The position numbers were made by a program, and so were the translations under genes. A stretch of 57,867 nucleotides of DNA from Candidatus Parcubacteria bacterium (GTDB lineage Bacteria; Patescibacteriota; Microgenomatia; Levybacterales; GWA1-39-11), in the NCBI GenBank assembly GCA_003599595.1, contig QZIP01000038.1, positions 1 through 57,867 on the forward strand, in the 5' to 3' direction. Below, piece by piece: positions 33,363 through 42,975 of this stretch. Positions within the stretch are counted from its first letter, which is position 1; every line of letters starts with the position of its first letter. The notes under the pieces were generated by a model. It was not told where the DNA came from and did not search any database. It saw nothing but the letters and a program-made list of their open reading frames with translations.

Positions 33363-34112
33363 ATGCTCTCAATACTAATCATTACAAAAAATGAAGAAAA
33401 CTCAATTGGCGACTGCTTAAAAAGCATCAAAGATTTAGCAGATGAGATAATAGTCATAGACTCATATTCTTCTGATAAAACTGTTGAAACCGCAAAAGAA
33501 TATGGTGTAAGTATACTCTTGAATAGGTTTGAAGACTTTTCAAAACAAAGAAATGTTGGTTTTGACAGCTCAAAAGGAGACTGGATTTTATATCTTGATG
33601 CAGACGAAGAAGCAACAGAAGAATTCAATAAAGAAATAAAAAAAACCATTAAAGATTTTGATCCAACTTGTAGATATGGCGGATATTATGTGAGAAGAAA
33701 GACTTATTTTTTAAATAAAGATTGGGATTACTCAGACAAGGTGCAAAGACTTTTCTATAGAAAATCGTTTAGAGGATGGAGCGGAATGTTACATGAAACA
33801 CCTCGGGTACAGGGAGAGTTTGGAGAAATTTCTTCTCCGATTTTACACTTTACTCATAAAAATTTAAGTCAAATGCTTGAAAAAACAAATGAATGGTCAG
33901 ATTATGAGGCGGATCTTAGAATAAAAGCAAAACACCCTAAAATGAATATTTTAAGATTTATAAGAGTGATTGGTACCGGCTTTCTAGATTCATATGTAAA
34001 ACAAAATGGTTACAAAAATGGTACAAAAGGTTTTATTGAATCAATGTATCAAGCCTTTTCTCTTTTTATAACCTATGCAAAGCTATGGGAAAAACAGGAA
34101 ATGAAGAAATAA
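33363..34112 (+). CDS. GT2 glycosyltransferase (WaaE/KdtX-like subgroup), paralog of 27187-28134
   Basis: LSILIITKNEENSIGDCLKSIKDLADEIIVIDSYSSDKT, LDADE. ATG at 33363 preferred. Confidence 0.75.
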   Translation: MLSILIITKNEENSIGDCLKSIKDLADEIIVIDSYSSDKTVETAKEYGVSILLNRFEDFSKQRNVGFDSSKGDWILYLDADEEATEEFNKEIKKTIKDFDPTCRYGGYYVRRKTYFLNKDWDYSDKVQRLFYRKSFRGWSGMLHETPRVQGEFGEISSPILHFTHKNLSQMLEKTNEWSDYEADLRIKAKHPKMNILRFIRVIGTGFLDSYVKQNGYKNGTKGFIESMYQAFSLFITYAKLWEKQEMKK

Positions 34113-34355
34113 TTATGATTGGGGTTTTGAAAACCAGCTTTTTATTTGTTCAAGAGTTAATCTTTTTTTGGCAAACCTAAATAGGTATATAAGCTCAAGA
34201 ATTCCCATTGTGTTGATGGGTAAAATAAATATTATAAACCAATATTTCTGTTCATTCTTTGCCGCTCTCCAAAGAGCAACAGCTTTCCAGAATATTGTCC
34301 AAATGTAAATTATGAAAAATAAGAAAGTAAACCCGTTTGGTTGGAAATCAAACAT
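34113..34355 (-). CDS. Small two-TM membrane protein (DUF5652-like by recollection)
   Basis: 80 aa. WKAVALWRAAKNEQKYWF..NTMGILELIYLF. Its stop codon directly abuts the stop of the convergent GT2. Confidence 0.5.
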   Translation of the reverse strand: MFDFQPNGFTFLFFIIYIWTIFWKAVALWRAAKNEQKYWFIIFILPINTMGILELIYLFRFAKKRLTLEQIKSWFSKPQS

Positions 34356-34439
34356 AAATTCTTCTCCTGTCCTGTAATCACTATATCAGAACTTTTAATG
34401 ACAATCAATACTTGATAAAATAGATATATATATATAGCT

Positions 34440-34620
34440 TTAACAATACTATAGTCTTTGGATTACACCAAGCTCAGCTTGGTTTCACGGATTTTTATCC
34501 GCTAAAATCCTTAATGGCTTATGTATTTTGATTTGCACAGATAAGTAATAAATCTGCGCAGTCCGTAGCGCGTCAGAATAAGTTTAGTGAGGTAAGCTGC
34601 GGATAGCGCTAAAATCAGTG
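34440..34620. repeat. Intergenic spacer with GATTACAC, GGTTTCACGGATTTTTATCCGC and GC-richer palindromes
   Basis: GGATTACACC at 34460. 34479-34510 is shared with 24972-25004 in inverted orientation. TGCACAGAT-N9-ATCTGCGCA hairpin near 34535-34561. Confidence 0.5.
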
Positions 34621-34658
34621 TGAATCCAAACCTAGAAGGTTATATAGCTATAAACGAT

Positions 34659-35723
34659 ATGAGAATTGGAATTTATGATCCCTACCTTGATGATTTAGGG
34701 GGTGGAGAAAAATACATGATGAGTATTGCCTCCTGCCTTTCTGAAAAACACAAGGTCACAGTCTTTTGGGACAAAAAAGAAGACTTTGATAAAATCTTTG
34801 AAAGATTTGCAATAGATCTTTCTAAAGTTAATTTGTCTGAGAATATTTTTTCTCCAAAATATCCTTTCTTAAAGAGAGCTTTAAAAACAAGAGAATTTGA
34901 TGTAATTATTGCTCTAAGTGATGGAAGTATTCCTTTGGTTTTTTCAAGAAGAACCCTTATACATTTTCAATCTCCAATTCCAAAGATTAAAATTGATCTT
35001 AAAACAAGACTTAAGTTCCTTAAAGTAAGTAAAATATTTTGTAATTCTTATTATACAAAGTCATATATAGATAAAGATTTTAAAATAAAGACTATGGTTT
35101 TGTATCCACCAATAGATATTAATGCAAAAGATATAAAAAAAGAAAATACTATTTTACACGTTGGTAGATTTAGAGCAAGAAATGTAGGAAATGATGATTA
35201 CAAGAAGCAGAATGTAATGATTGATGTGTTTAAGGATATGATTGATAAAGGGCTGAAAGGATGGAGCTTTATTCTTGCAGTTGGGCTTCAGGAAGAGGAT
35301 AAAAATAGCTTTGAGAAGATGCAGGCAAAAACAAAAGGTTATCCAATAAAATTTATGATTAATAAAGCTAATAAAGAGCTTTGGGAACTGTATTCCATAT
35401 CAAAAATTTATTGGCACGCTAGTGGTTTTGGTGAAGATCTTGAAAATCATCCAGAATATGCGGAACATTTTGGTATTTCAACAGTGGAGGCAATGAGTGC
35501 AGGGTGTGTGCCGGTTGTAATCAATGCAGGAGGTCAGAAGGAAATTGTTGAAGACGGAATAAATGGCTTTGTCTGGAATACGCTTGATGAACTTAGGATC
35601 CAGACAATGGAGCTCATAAACAGCAGTACGCTGTTAGAAAAAATGTCAAAAAAAGCAAAAATTAGATCTTTAGATTTTGCCGGCGGAAGATTTTCACAAG
35701 AAGTTTTCAGTTTACTTAAGTAA
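34659..35723 (+). CDS. GT4 glycosyltransferase (GT-B fold)
   Basis: MRIGIYDPYLDDLGGGEKY N-terminus, EHFGISTVEAMSAGCVPVV (E-x7-E region). ATG at 34659 preferred over the GTG at 34620. Confidence 0.75.
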   Translation: MRIGIYDPYLDDLGGGEKYMMSIASCLSEKHKVTVFWDKKEDFDKIFERFAIDLSKVNLSENIFSPKYPFLKRALKTREFDVIIALSDGSIPLVFSRRTLIHFQSPIPKIKIDLKTRLKFLKVSKIFCNSYYTKSYIDKDFKIKTMVLYPPIDINAKDIKKENTILHVGRFRARNVGNDDYKKQNVMIDVFKDMIDKGLKGWSFILAVGLQEEDKNSFEKMQAKTKGYPIKFMINKANKELWELYSISKIYWHASGFGEDLENHPEYAEHFGISTVEAMSAGCVPVVINAGGQKEIVEDGINGFVWNTLDELRIQTMELINSSTLLEKMSKKAKIRSLDFAGGRFSQEVFSLLK

Positions 35724-35762
35724 AACGGTGTACTTAGGCTGTAAGCTTTCATTTCAAGCTCA

Positions 35763-38114
35763 ATGAAAAAGATAATAAAAAAAAACATATATTATTTCTT
35801 ATTGGTAGTAGTTGTCTTTATTTTTTTTTATCAGTTCTTTTTGAAAGGTTTTTTGCCTATCCCTTCAGACACAATCATCGGCCTTTATCACCCTTTCAGG
35901 GATTATTATTCAAAAGATTATCCAAATGGTATTCCATTCAAAAATTTTTTAGTTACAGATCCAGTACGCCAAACTTTTCCCTGGAAAAAACTTGCCCTGG
36001 ACACATCTCCAGGTTCAACTCTTCCAATCTGGAATCCTTATGAGATGGCAGGAAAGCCTTTAATTGGCAATTTTCAAACAGGTTTTTTCTATCCATTTAA
36101 TCTGATTTTTTTCCTCAAGCCCTTTTATTTATCCTGGTCAATCTTTATTTTTTTGCAATCACTTTTTGCCGCCACATTTATGTATTTATATTTAAAAAAT
36201 TTAAATTTGGATAATAGAGCTGTTTATTTAGGTACAGTCTCTTTTTGTTTTTCAAGTTTTTTTATCTCCTGGCTTGAATGGGGAAACGTAATACATACGG
36301 CATTGTGGCTACCTCTCATCTTGTTAGCCATCGACAAAATCTTTATTTATCAAAAGCAAATAAACTCAAATCTCAAAGCTCAAAATTCAAAGCCACAACT
36401 CAAAACTCAAAACTTATTTGTTTGGTCAATGATATTCCTTTTTTCACTTACATCCTCATTTTTTGCAGGACACCTACAAATATTTTTTTATCTTTTTATT
36501 TTTTCCTCGATTTATTTTTTTGCTAAATGGTATAAAGAAGGAAAAAAGACAAAATTGTTTATATCATACTTAATACTTAATACATTCTTCTTAATACTTA
36601 CTTCAGTTCAATGGGTTCCAACTCTACAGTTTATTCTCTTATCCGCAAGAGGCGTTGACCAAGTCTATTATCAAGCTGAAGGATGGTTTATTCCCTGGCA
36701 GCATCTTGTTCAGTTCCTTGTTCCAGATTTCTTTGGAAATCCTACCACCTTAAATTATTGGGGGACGTGGAATTATGCAGAGTTAAGCGGATATGTAGGG
36801 GCTGTTCCATTAATATTCGCTTTAATAGCAATATTTTTTAGATTTGATAAAAAAACTCTTTTTTTTGGGACAGCATTACTAATATCTTTATTATTTTCTC
36901 TACCTACCTTTTTCGCCGGGCTTCCTTATGTTTTAAATATTCCATTTATTTCTTCTTCTCAGCCCACAAGGCTACTTTTTATAACCTCTTTTTGCTTGGC
37001 TGTCTTGTCTTCTTTGGGGTTTAATCTGATGATAAAAAATCCTAGACTAATTAATAAGGCAATAATAACAAGTATTGTAGTAGGCTTGTCTTACGCCGCT
37101 TTATGGATTTTTGTTCTGACAGGTTCGTTAAGCATGTTTAATATTTCACCTGAAAATATTGCTACAGCAAAAAGAAACTTAATTTTTCCATCTAGTATTT
37201 TTCTTGCAGTTTTCTTTTTAATTATAGTTGTAAAATATTTTAAAAATCATCTTTTCCAAACAATAATATTTATCGCCATTTTAATTCTTGCATCATTTGA
37301 GCTTTTAAGATTTTCATTTAAGTTTGAGCCTTTTACAGACAAGGCATATCTTTTTCCTGAAACAAAAGTTATAGAATTTCTTAATAGTCAAAAAAAACCT
37401 TTTAGAATTGCATCTTTAGATTCAAGAATTTTTCCACCTAATTTTTCAACTTATTACAAGCTGGAATCAATAGAAGGGTACGACCCTCTCTATTTATCGT
37501 CTTACGCTGAATTTATAGCCGCCTCAGAAAGAAACAGGGCAAATGTTGATCCTCCTTTTGGTTTTAATAGAATCATCACTCCACGAAATCTAGATTCAAA
37601 ATTAATAGACCTTTTAAATGTTAAATACACTCTTTCATTATCAGAAATTAACTCGGGTAAGTTTAACAAAGTCTTCCAAGAAGGACAAACCCGGATTTAC
37701 GAGAATAAAGATGTTTTACCCCGGATATTTTTTACTGAAAACATAAAACTCGTGAATAACAAAAAAGACGCGTTAAATATTATGTTTGAAAAAGACTTTG
37801 ACCCTCTTAAATTAGCGGTTATAGAATTTCACACTTCAGATCTTGCCTTGTACCCCCGGAGCGCAAAGCAGAATGCATCCCAGGGGTGCCTAAGGTGTAG
37901 CGTTGAAATATTAGATTACAGAGAGAATGAAATAAAAATTAAAACAAAAAATGAAGTTAGTGGATTTTTAGTAATTACTGACACGTACTATCCAACCTGG
38001 AAAGTATTAATTGATGGAAAAAAAGATAAAATTTATAAAACTAACTATACTTTCAGAGGTTTGTTTATTCCGGAGGGAGAACATATAATAACAATGTACA
38101 CAACGCTATTCTAA
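35763..38114 (+). CDS. GT-C family B (YfhO-like) B3, lacking the terminal TM anchor
   Basis: 783 aa. TFPWK..LPIWNPYEMAGKPLIGNFQTGFFYPFN, PDFFGNP, YYPTWKVLIDGKKDKIYKTN..GEHIITMY. It then stops, whereas B1, B2 and B4 continue about 30 aa into a TM helix. Confidence 0.7.
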   Translation: MKKIIKKNIYYFLLVVVVFIFFYQFFLKGFLPIPSDTIIGLYHPFRDYYSKDYPNGIPFKNFLVTDPVRQTFPWKKLALDTSPGSTLPIWNPYEMAGKPLIGNFQTGFFYPFNLIFFLKPFYLSWSIFIFLQSLFAATFMYLYLKNLNLDNRAVYLGTVSFCFSSFFISWLEWGNVIHTALWLPLILLAIDKIFIYQKQINSNLKAQNSKPQLKTQNLFVWSMIFLFSLTSSFFAGHLQIFFYLFIFSSIYFFAKWYKEGKKTKLFISYLILNTFFLILTSVQWVPTLQFILLSARGVDQVYYQAEGWFIPWQHLVQFLVPDFFGNPTTLNYWGTWNYAELSGYVGAVPLIFALIAIFFRFDKKTLFFGTALLISLLFSLPTFFAGLPYVLNIPFISSSQPTRLLFITSFCLAVLSSLGFNLMIKNPRLINKAIITSIVVGLSYAALWIFVLTGSLSMFNISPENIATAKRNLIFPSSIFLAVFFLIIVVKYFKNHLFQTIIFIAILILASFELLRFSFKFEPFTDKAYLFPETKVIEFLNSQKKPFRIASLDSRIFPPNFSTYYKLESIEGYDPLYLSSYAEFIAASERNRANVDPPFGFNRIITPRNLDSKLIDLLNVKYTLSLSEINSGKFNKVFQEGQTRIYENKDVLPRIFFTENIKLVNNKKDALNIMFEKDFDPLKLAVIEFHTSDLALYPRSAKQNASQGCLRCSVEILDYRENEIKIKTKNEVSGFLVITDTYYPTWKVLIDGKKDKIYKTNYTFRGLFIPEGEHIITMYTTLF
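36362..36415 (+). repeat. Degenerate heptamer array (AANCTCA-like, about 8 units) inside the B3 CDS
   Basis: AAACTCA AATCTCA AAGCTCA AAATTCA AAGCCAC AACTCAA AACTCAA, encoding NSNLKAQNSKPQLKTQN. This segment is absent from B1, B2 and B4. Confidence 0.65.
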
Positions 38115-38252
38115 TCCTTGAAATGCCCGAAATAAAATGTATGAATTAAAATAGATGATCCGTGTAATCCTAAAATCTAACCCAGAAGGATATCTCGGAT
38201 AATAAAATCCGTGTAATCTAAAGATTATAATAACATTTTAGATGAAAATTGT

Positions 38253-39197
38253 ATGAAGATAGATATTATTATTCCAAATTACAACGGTTTACGTTTGGTA
38301 GAAAAGAATCTTCCGCTCGTTATTGACAGAGTTAAAGATTTTAATGGTGTTTCGATAGTTATCGTAGATGACTGTTCAAGCCGCGATGAGTTTGAAAAAA
38401 TCAAAGAATTAATCACTTCATTGTCAGACATTGATCCCAAAACTAAAATAGAACTTATTAGAAATGAGAAAAATCTAGGATTTTCATCCTCAATTAATAA
38501 AGCCGCCTTAAAATCAAATGCCGATTACCTAGTATTTTTGAATACGGATGTTATTCCGGAAAAAGACTTTTTAAAAGCGGCAATAGAGGACATGATGGAA
38601 GACAACAATCTTTTTGGCATAGGTTTTTTAGATAAAAGTATTGAAGGGGAAAAAACAATACTTAGAGGTAGAGGGGTTGGAGCATGGAAAAGAGGATTTT
38701 TGATTCACAAGCGTGGAGAAGTGGATAGAGACAATACTCTTTGGATCTCAGGTGGCAGTTGTTTGGTTAATGCTAAAGTCTTTAAAAAACTGGGAGGCTT
38801 CGACAATATATACAATCCATTTTACTGGGAAGATATTGATTTATCTTACAGAGCTCAAAAAGCAGGATTTAACATATTATTTGAAAAAAGAAGTGAGGTT
38901 GTGCATAAGCACTTTGAGGGAGCAATAAAAAAATATTACAGCGGTTTTCAAATAAAGACCTACGCTTACAGAAATCAATTTATATTTATTTGGAAAAATA
39001 TTACTGATTTGAGTTTGGTTCTTTCACATATTTTATGGCTGCCTTATCATTTGCTTCGTGCTTTAATAAGGCTAGACACTCCCTTTTTTCTTGGATTTGT
39101 TCTTGCACTAGTCAAGATTCCTGTTATAATTTTTAAAAGGATAAGAGAGGCAAAAAACACTAAAACAGACAAGCAAGTCCTGCAAAAATTTAAATGA
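38253..39197 (+). CDS. GT2 glycosyltransferase (WbbL-like subgroup), paralog of 28146-29093
   Basis: 314 aa. IDIIIPNYNG, IVDDCSS, GFSSSINK, FLNTDV, GGSCLVNAKVFKKLGGFD, YWEDIDL. Confidence 0.75.
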   Translation: MKIDIIIPNYNGLRLVEKNLPLVIDRVKDFNGVSIVIVDDCSSRDEFEKIKELITSLSDIDPKTKIELIRNEKNLGFSSSINKAALKSNADYLVFLNTDVIPEKDFLKAAIEDMMEDNNLFGIGFLDKSIEGEKTILRGRGVGAWKRGFLIHKRGEVDRDNTLWISGGSCLVNAKVFKKLGGFDNIYNPFYWEDIDLSYRAQKAGFNILFEKRSEVVHKHFEGAIKKYYSGFQIKTYAYRNQFIFIWKNITDLSLVLSHILWLPYHLLRALIRLDTPFFLGFVLALVKIPVIIFKRIREAKNTKTDKQVLQKFK

Positions 39198-39907
39198 AAC
39201 TATCAATAATAATTCCCGCTTACAATGAAGGAAAAACAATTGGTGAAATACTGAAAAAAGTAGAAAAAGTTCAATTGAATGGCGTTGGGAAAGAAATTAT
39301 TGTAGTTGACGATGGATCAATCGATGCCACAGCATCGGTAATTTCCAATTTCCAATTTCCAATTTCCAATTTTAAAATTATAAGGCACAAAAGAAACCTT
39401 GGAAAGGGGGCGGCAGTGCAAACGGGCATTGAAAACGCAACAGGTGATATGATATTGATTCAGGATGCAGATTTAGAATATGACCCCAAAGATATACCCA
39501 GACTTATAGAGCCAATAATTAAGAATAAATCCAAAGTTGTTTATGGCACAAGACTTAGGACCAAGCCCGTACTGTTTGGAAACAAAAGAACGCCATTATT
39601 AGCTCATTTTTTTGGAAATAAGTTTCTAAGCTTAGCAACAACAATATTATATGGTAAAAAAATAACAGATATGGAAACGGGATATAAAGTGTTTCACAAA
39701 TCCGCTCTTGCAGGCATTAAATTAAAAGCAAAATCTTTTGATTTTGAGCCAGAAATAACCGCAAAAATTTTAAGAAAAGGTATTGAAATTCACGAAATAG
39801 ATATAAAAACAAATCCAAGAGGATATGGGGAAGGAAAAAAATTAGTCGCTCTAAAAGATGGCCCTCTTGCCATGTGGACACTAATAAAATACAGATTTAT
39901 TAATTAG
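39194..39907 (+). CDS. GT2 polyprenyl-phosphate sugar synthase (DPM1/ArnC-like)
   Basis: 237 aa. LSIIIPAYNE, VVDDGSIDAT, IQDADLEYDP, ETGYKVF. ATGA overlap with the upstream GT2. Confidence 0.8.
   Translation: MKLSIIIPAYNEGKTIGEILKKVEKVQLNGVGKEIIVVDDGSIDATASVISNFQFPISNFKIIRHKRNLGKGAAVQTGIENATGDMILIQDADLEYDPKDIPRLIEPIIKNKSKVVYGTRLRTKPVLFGNKRTPLLAHFFGNKFLSLATTILYGKKITDMETGYKVFHKSALAGIKLKAKSFDFEPEITAKILRKGIEIHEIDIKTNPRGYGEGKKLVALKDGPLAMWTLIKYRFIN
39342..39369 (+). repeat. Perfect heptanucleotide array (TTTCCAA)x4 inside the GT2 CDS
   Basis: Four exact tandem 7-mers encoding ISNFQFPISNF. Confidence 0.85.
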
Positions 39908-39908
39908 A

Positions 39909-41042
39909 TCACAAGGTCTTAGCCAATATTTTATTGTAGACATTTTCGTAATTTTCAACCATTTTTTCAACTGTAAAATTATCTTCTACGTGTTTTCTGC
40001 AGTTAAGCCTCATTTGTTCATATTCTTTCTTATTCATTGAATAAACTTTTTCTACAGCTTCCAATAATCCCTCCATTCCTGTTTTTTTAATGATCCAGTC
40101 TCCTCTTATATCCTCTGGTGAAGAATTTACAATAAAACCTGTTTCTCCATCTTTAATTATTTCAGGAACAGATCCTCGGGCAAAGGCCACAACAGGAGTT
40201 CCAGTTGACATAGCTTCTGTGAAAATCAATCCAAAAGGCTCTTCCCATTTTATCGGCGAAATTAAACATCTTGCGTTTCCTAGAAAACTTATCCTTTCTT
40301 GAGATTTTATTTCTCCTTTGAAAATACAAAACTGATTATCAAAATATTTTTTAACTTGATCATAGTAATCAATATCAGTTATTGGATCTACTTTTGCTGC
40401 AATCAATAACTTTTTTTTGAGCTTGTGCGCTATTTGTGCGGCCTCTAACACTCCCTTTTCTGGAACCATGCGCGCTAAAAAGGCCATATAATCATTATTG
40501 TTTTCAGTCTCATGTTCATTGAAGTGAAACTGGTCTATATCTATTCCATGATATATATTTGCAACAAAATTTAGATCTGGACAGTCTCTTCTTTGATTAT
40601 AGGAAATAGAAACATATGGATAGTCTTTGTGATCTAGATATGCAATTCTTCTGTAGTCAGGAGATAATGCACTGTGGCACGTTGTAACTATCTTTTGATT
40701 TATAAAATTTGCAAAATACATTAAAACTCTATCCACATGATTATGTACAATGTCATAATTTCTTTGATTTATTTGACTAGCAACCTTAGACATTGTCATC
40801 ATAATTTCCACCTCTCTTTGTTTATAATCTTTTTCAAACCATGACTGTCCTCTTATGTGTGTTTTGGTGATAGGTATTAGATTATAGCTATCTTCTTTAC
40901 GTGAGTTTCCTGAAGCATACAGATCAACTTGATGTCCTTTTTTACCCAATCCAGAAGCTAAGAAATAAACAATCCATTCTATTCCGCTATAGCCAAGAGG
41001 AGGGACACTCTCAACACAGTTGGCAACCAAGGCTATCTTCAT
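39909..41042 (-). CDS. GT4 glycosyltransferase (GT-B fold)
   Basis: 377 aa. MKIALVANCVESVPPLGYSGIEW, EPFGLIFTEAMSTGTPVV. Convergent with 39194-39907 with 1 bp between the stops. Confidence 0.75.
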   Translation of the reverse strand: MKIALVANCVESVPPLGYSGIEWIVYFLASGLGKKGHQVDLYASGNSRKEDSYNLIPITKTHIRGQSWFEKDYKQREVEIMMTMSKVASQINQRNYDIVHNHVDRVLMYFANFINQKIVTTCHSALSPDYRRIAYLDHKDYPYVSISYNQRRDCPDLNFVANIYHGIDIDQFHFNEHETENNNDYMAFLARMVPEKGVLEAAQIAHKLKKKLLIAAKVDPITDIDYYDQVKKYFDNQFCIFKGEIKSQERISFLGNARCLISPIKWEEPFGLIFTEAMSTGTPVVAFARGSVPEIIKDGETGFIVNSSPEDIRGDWIIKKTGMEGLLEAVEKVYSMNKKEYEQMRLNCRKHVEDNFTVEKMVENYENVYNKILAKTL

Positions 41043-41070
41043 TTAAACATCTTAACATATATGATATTCT

Positions 41071-41109
41071 TTGAAAATAGCTTAGATATTTCAATCTAGT
41101 TGAAAATAG
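41071..41109. promoter_or_regulatory. Direct repeat TTGAAAATAG x2 in the divergent GT4/otsA control region
   Basis: Identical 10-mers at 41071-41080 and 41100-41109, 29 bp start to start. Confidence 0.3.
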
Positions 41110-41181
41110 AACGTTACTGTGAAATAATCTAGGGGTAGATAAAGAAAATAGCCGTGCAAGCTTATTTGTTCTTAGTAGTAT

Positions 41182-42711
41182 ATGACAAATTTTCAAGACT
41201 TAAAAGACATCTTTTTAAAACAAAACACAAACTTGATATTGGTCGCAGATGCAGAAACCAGATCACATTTTAAAAAGAATTCTCAATGTGTTTCCAGGAC
41301 TTCTGCTGGCGGAGTTTCTGTAGCACTTGAGCCTGTTGTAAAAGCCTCAGGTGGAATTTATATTGGGAGAAGTAAGACAGATGAATGTAGGGAAATTCTT
41401 GACAAAAATAATAAAATTAAAATAAATGATGCTCAAGGAGATTACACCCTACGCAAAATATTTTTGTCGGAAAAAGAAGTAGAAGAATATTATTATGGTT
41501 TTTCCAATCAGACTCTTTGGCCGCTTTGTCATGTTACTTTTGAAAAACCTGAATTTAGACAAGATTGGTTTGAGGGTTACAAAAGAGTAAATCAAAAATT
41601 CGCCGAAGCGGTAAAGCAAGAGATAAAGAGTAATAGTCTTATTTGGCTGAATGATTACCAGTTGTCTCTTGTCCCAAAGCTCTTAAACAAACCCAAAAAT
41701 TCTGTAGTTGCTTTTTTCTGGCACATTCCATGGCCTACCTGGGAAGTGTTTAGAATACTTCCCTTTAAAAGGGAAATATTGGAGAGTCTTTTGTCTTGTG
41801 ATTTTCTGGCTTTCCACAGAGGTTATCATGTAAGAAATTTTCTTGAGACAGTAGAAAGAGAATTTGAAGTAAGGATAGATGAGGAAACAAATAGGATTTA
41901 TTACAACAATAACATAACAACTGTAAAAAGTTTGCCTATGGGAATTGATACAGATGTTATTAGTTCTCTTGCATTTGATGGGTCAAACAATGAAACATCT
42001 TTAATTAAAGTAGTTAAAACAATATTTCATTTAGAAAAAAAAGTAGAAATTTCAGAAGAAAATGAAATTGATGAACTCTTTAAGCATAATAAAATCATAC
42101 TAGGAGTTGATAGGCTGGATTATACAAAGGGATTATTTCTAAGACTTCAGGCCATTGACAGGTTCTTTGAGAAAAATCCTAAATATATAGGAAACGTTTC
42201 TTATCTGGGTATTCTTGCTCCATCAAGAGAAGTAATTCCAAGTTATAAAAAATTAAAAAAAGAAGTCTATGATTTGTCAATTGAAATCAATAAAAAGTAT
42301 TACAAGTCTCAAAGAAATTGGATGCCCATTCATTTAGTTAGCAGAGTATTTGAAAGAAAAGATATAATTGAATATTATAAAAAAGCATCCTTGTGTTTAA
42401 TTACTCCAAGAGATGATGGAATGAATTTAGTTTCAAAAGAATTTGTTATATCTACCTCTTTTTCTAAAACTCCCGGGATGATAATTTTATCTCAATTTGC
42501 AGGGTCTGCAATAGATTTAACAAGAGCCTTAATAATAAACCCATATGATATAGATGAAGTTGCAGGAGCTATTAAAAAGGGATTGGAAATGAGCGATAAA
42601 GAAAAAAAGGAAAGAATAGGATATATGGTTGATATTTTAGAAGAGAAAAATATTTACACGTGGGCAACAGAGTTTATACGTTCCGCACGGATATCGGTTA
42701 AAGAAAAGTAG
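41182..42711 (+). CDS. otsA: Alpha,alpha-trehalose-phosphate synthase (GT20)
   Basis: 509 aa. YYYGFSNQTLWPLCH, LNDYQLSLVP, GVDRLDYTKG, PRDDGMNLVSKEF. These are all hallmark OtsA/TPS motifs. Confidence 0.85.
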   Translation: MTNFQDLKDIFLKQNTNLILVADAETRSHFKKNSQCVSRTSAGGVSVALEPVVKASGGIYIGRSKTDECREILDKNNKIKINDAQGDYTLRKIFLSEKEVEEYYYGFSNQTLWPLCHVTFEKPEFRQDWFEGYKRVNQKFAEAVKQEIKSNSLIWLNDYQLSLVPKLLNKPKNSVVAFFWHIPWPTWEVFRILPFKREILESLLSCDFLAFHRGYHVRNFLETVEREFEVRIDEETNRIYYNNNITTVKSLPMGIDTDVISSLAFDGSNNETSLIKVVKTIFHLEKKVEISEENEIDELFKHNKIILGVDRLDYTKGLFLRLQAIDRFFEKNPKYIGNVSYLGILAPSREVIPSYKKLKKEVYDLSIEINKKYYKSQRNWMPIHLVSRVFERKDIIEYYKKASLCLITPRDDGMNLVSKEFVISTSFSKTPGMIILSQFAGSAIDLTRALIINPYDIDEVAGAIKKGLEMSDKEKKERIGYMVDILEEKNIYTWATEFIRSARISVKEK

Positions 42712-42975
42712 TATTATCTTATTTACATAAAACAAATTCAAGAAAATCATTATTAATCTTTGTTCCTCAAGTCTGCTCAATTATTCTGTTGACTACTATT
42801 ATGAATATCATAAAAACAACTTCAATAAAATAATATATATTACTAATATATCTTTGTTATTGAGAGTATTATGAAGCAGTAAAGGGATCGCTGTGGTTAC
42901 ATATTGGTCCCACGATGACAATTTTATGTTAGGATTATTATAATTTAATAATTTCTATATTGAAGTAGTGAAAAA

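Noticed and set aside
42880-42940. GGGATCGCTGTGG...CCCACGATGAC segment upstream of B4 as another REP copy or small RNA
   Set aside because: Only partial complementarity (about 6-7 nt), with no second matching copy found in the window.
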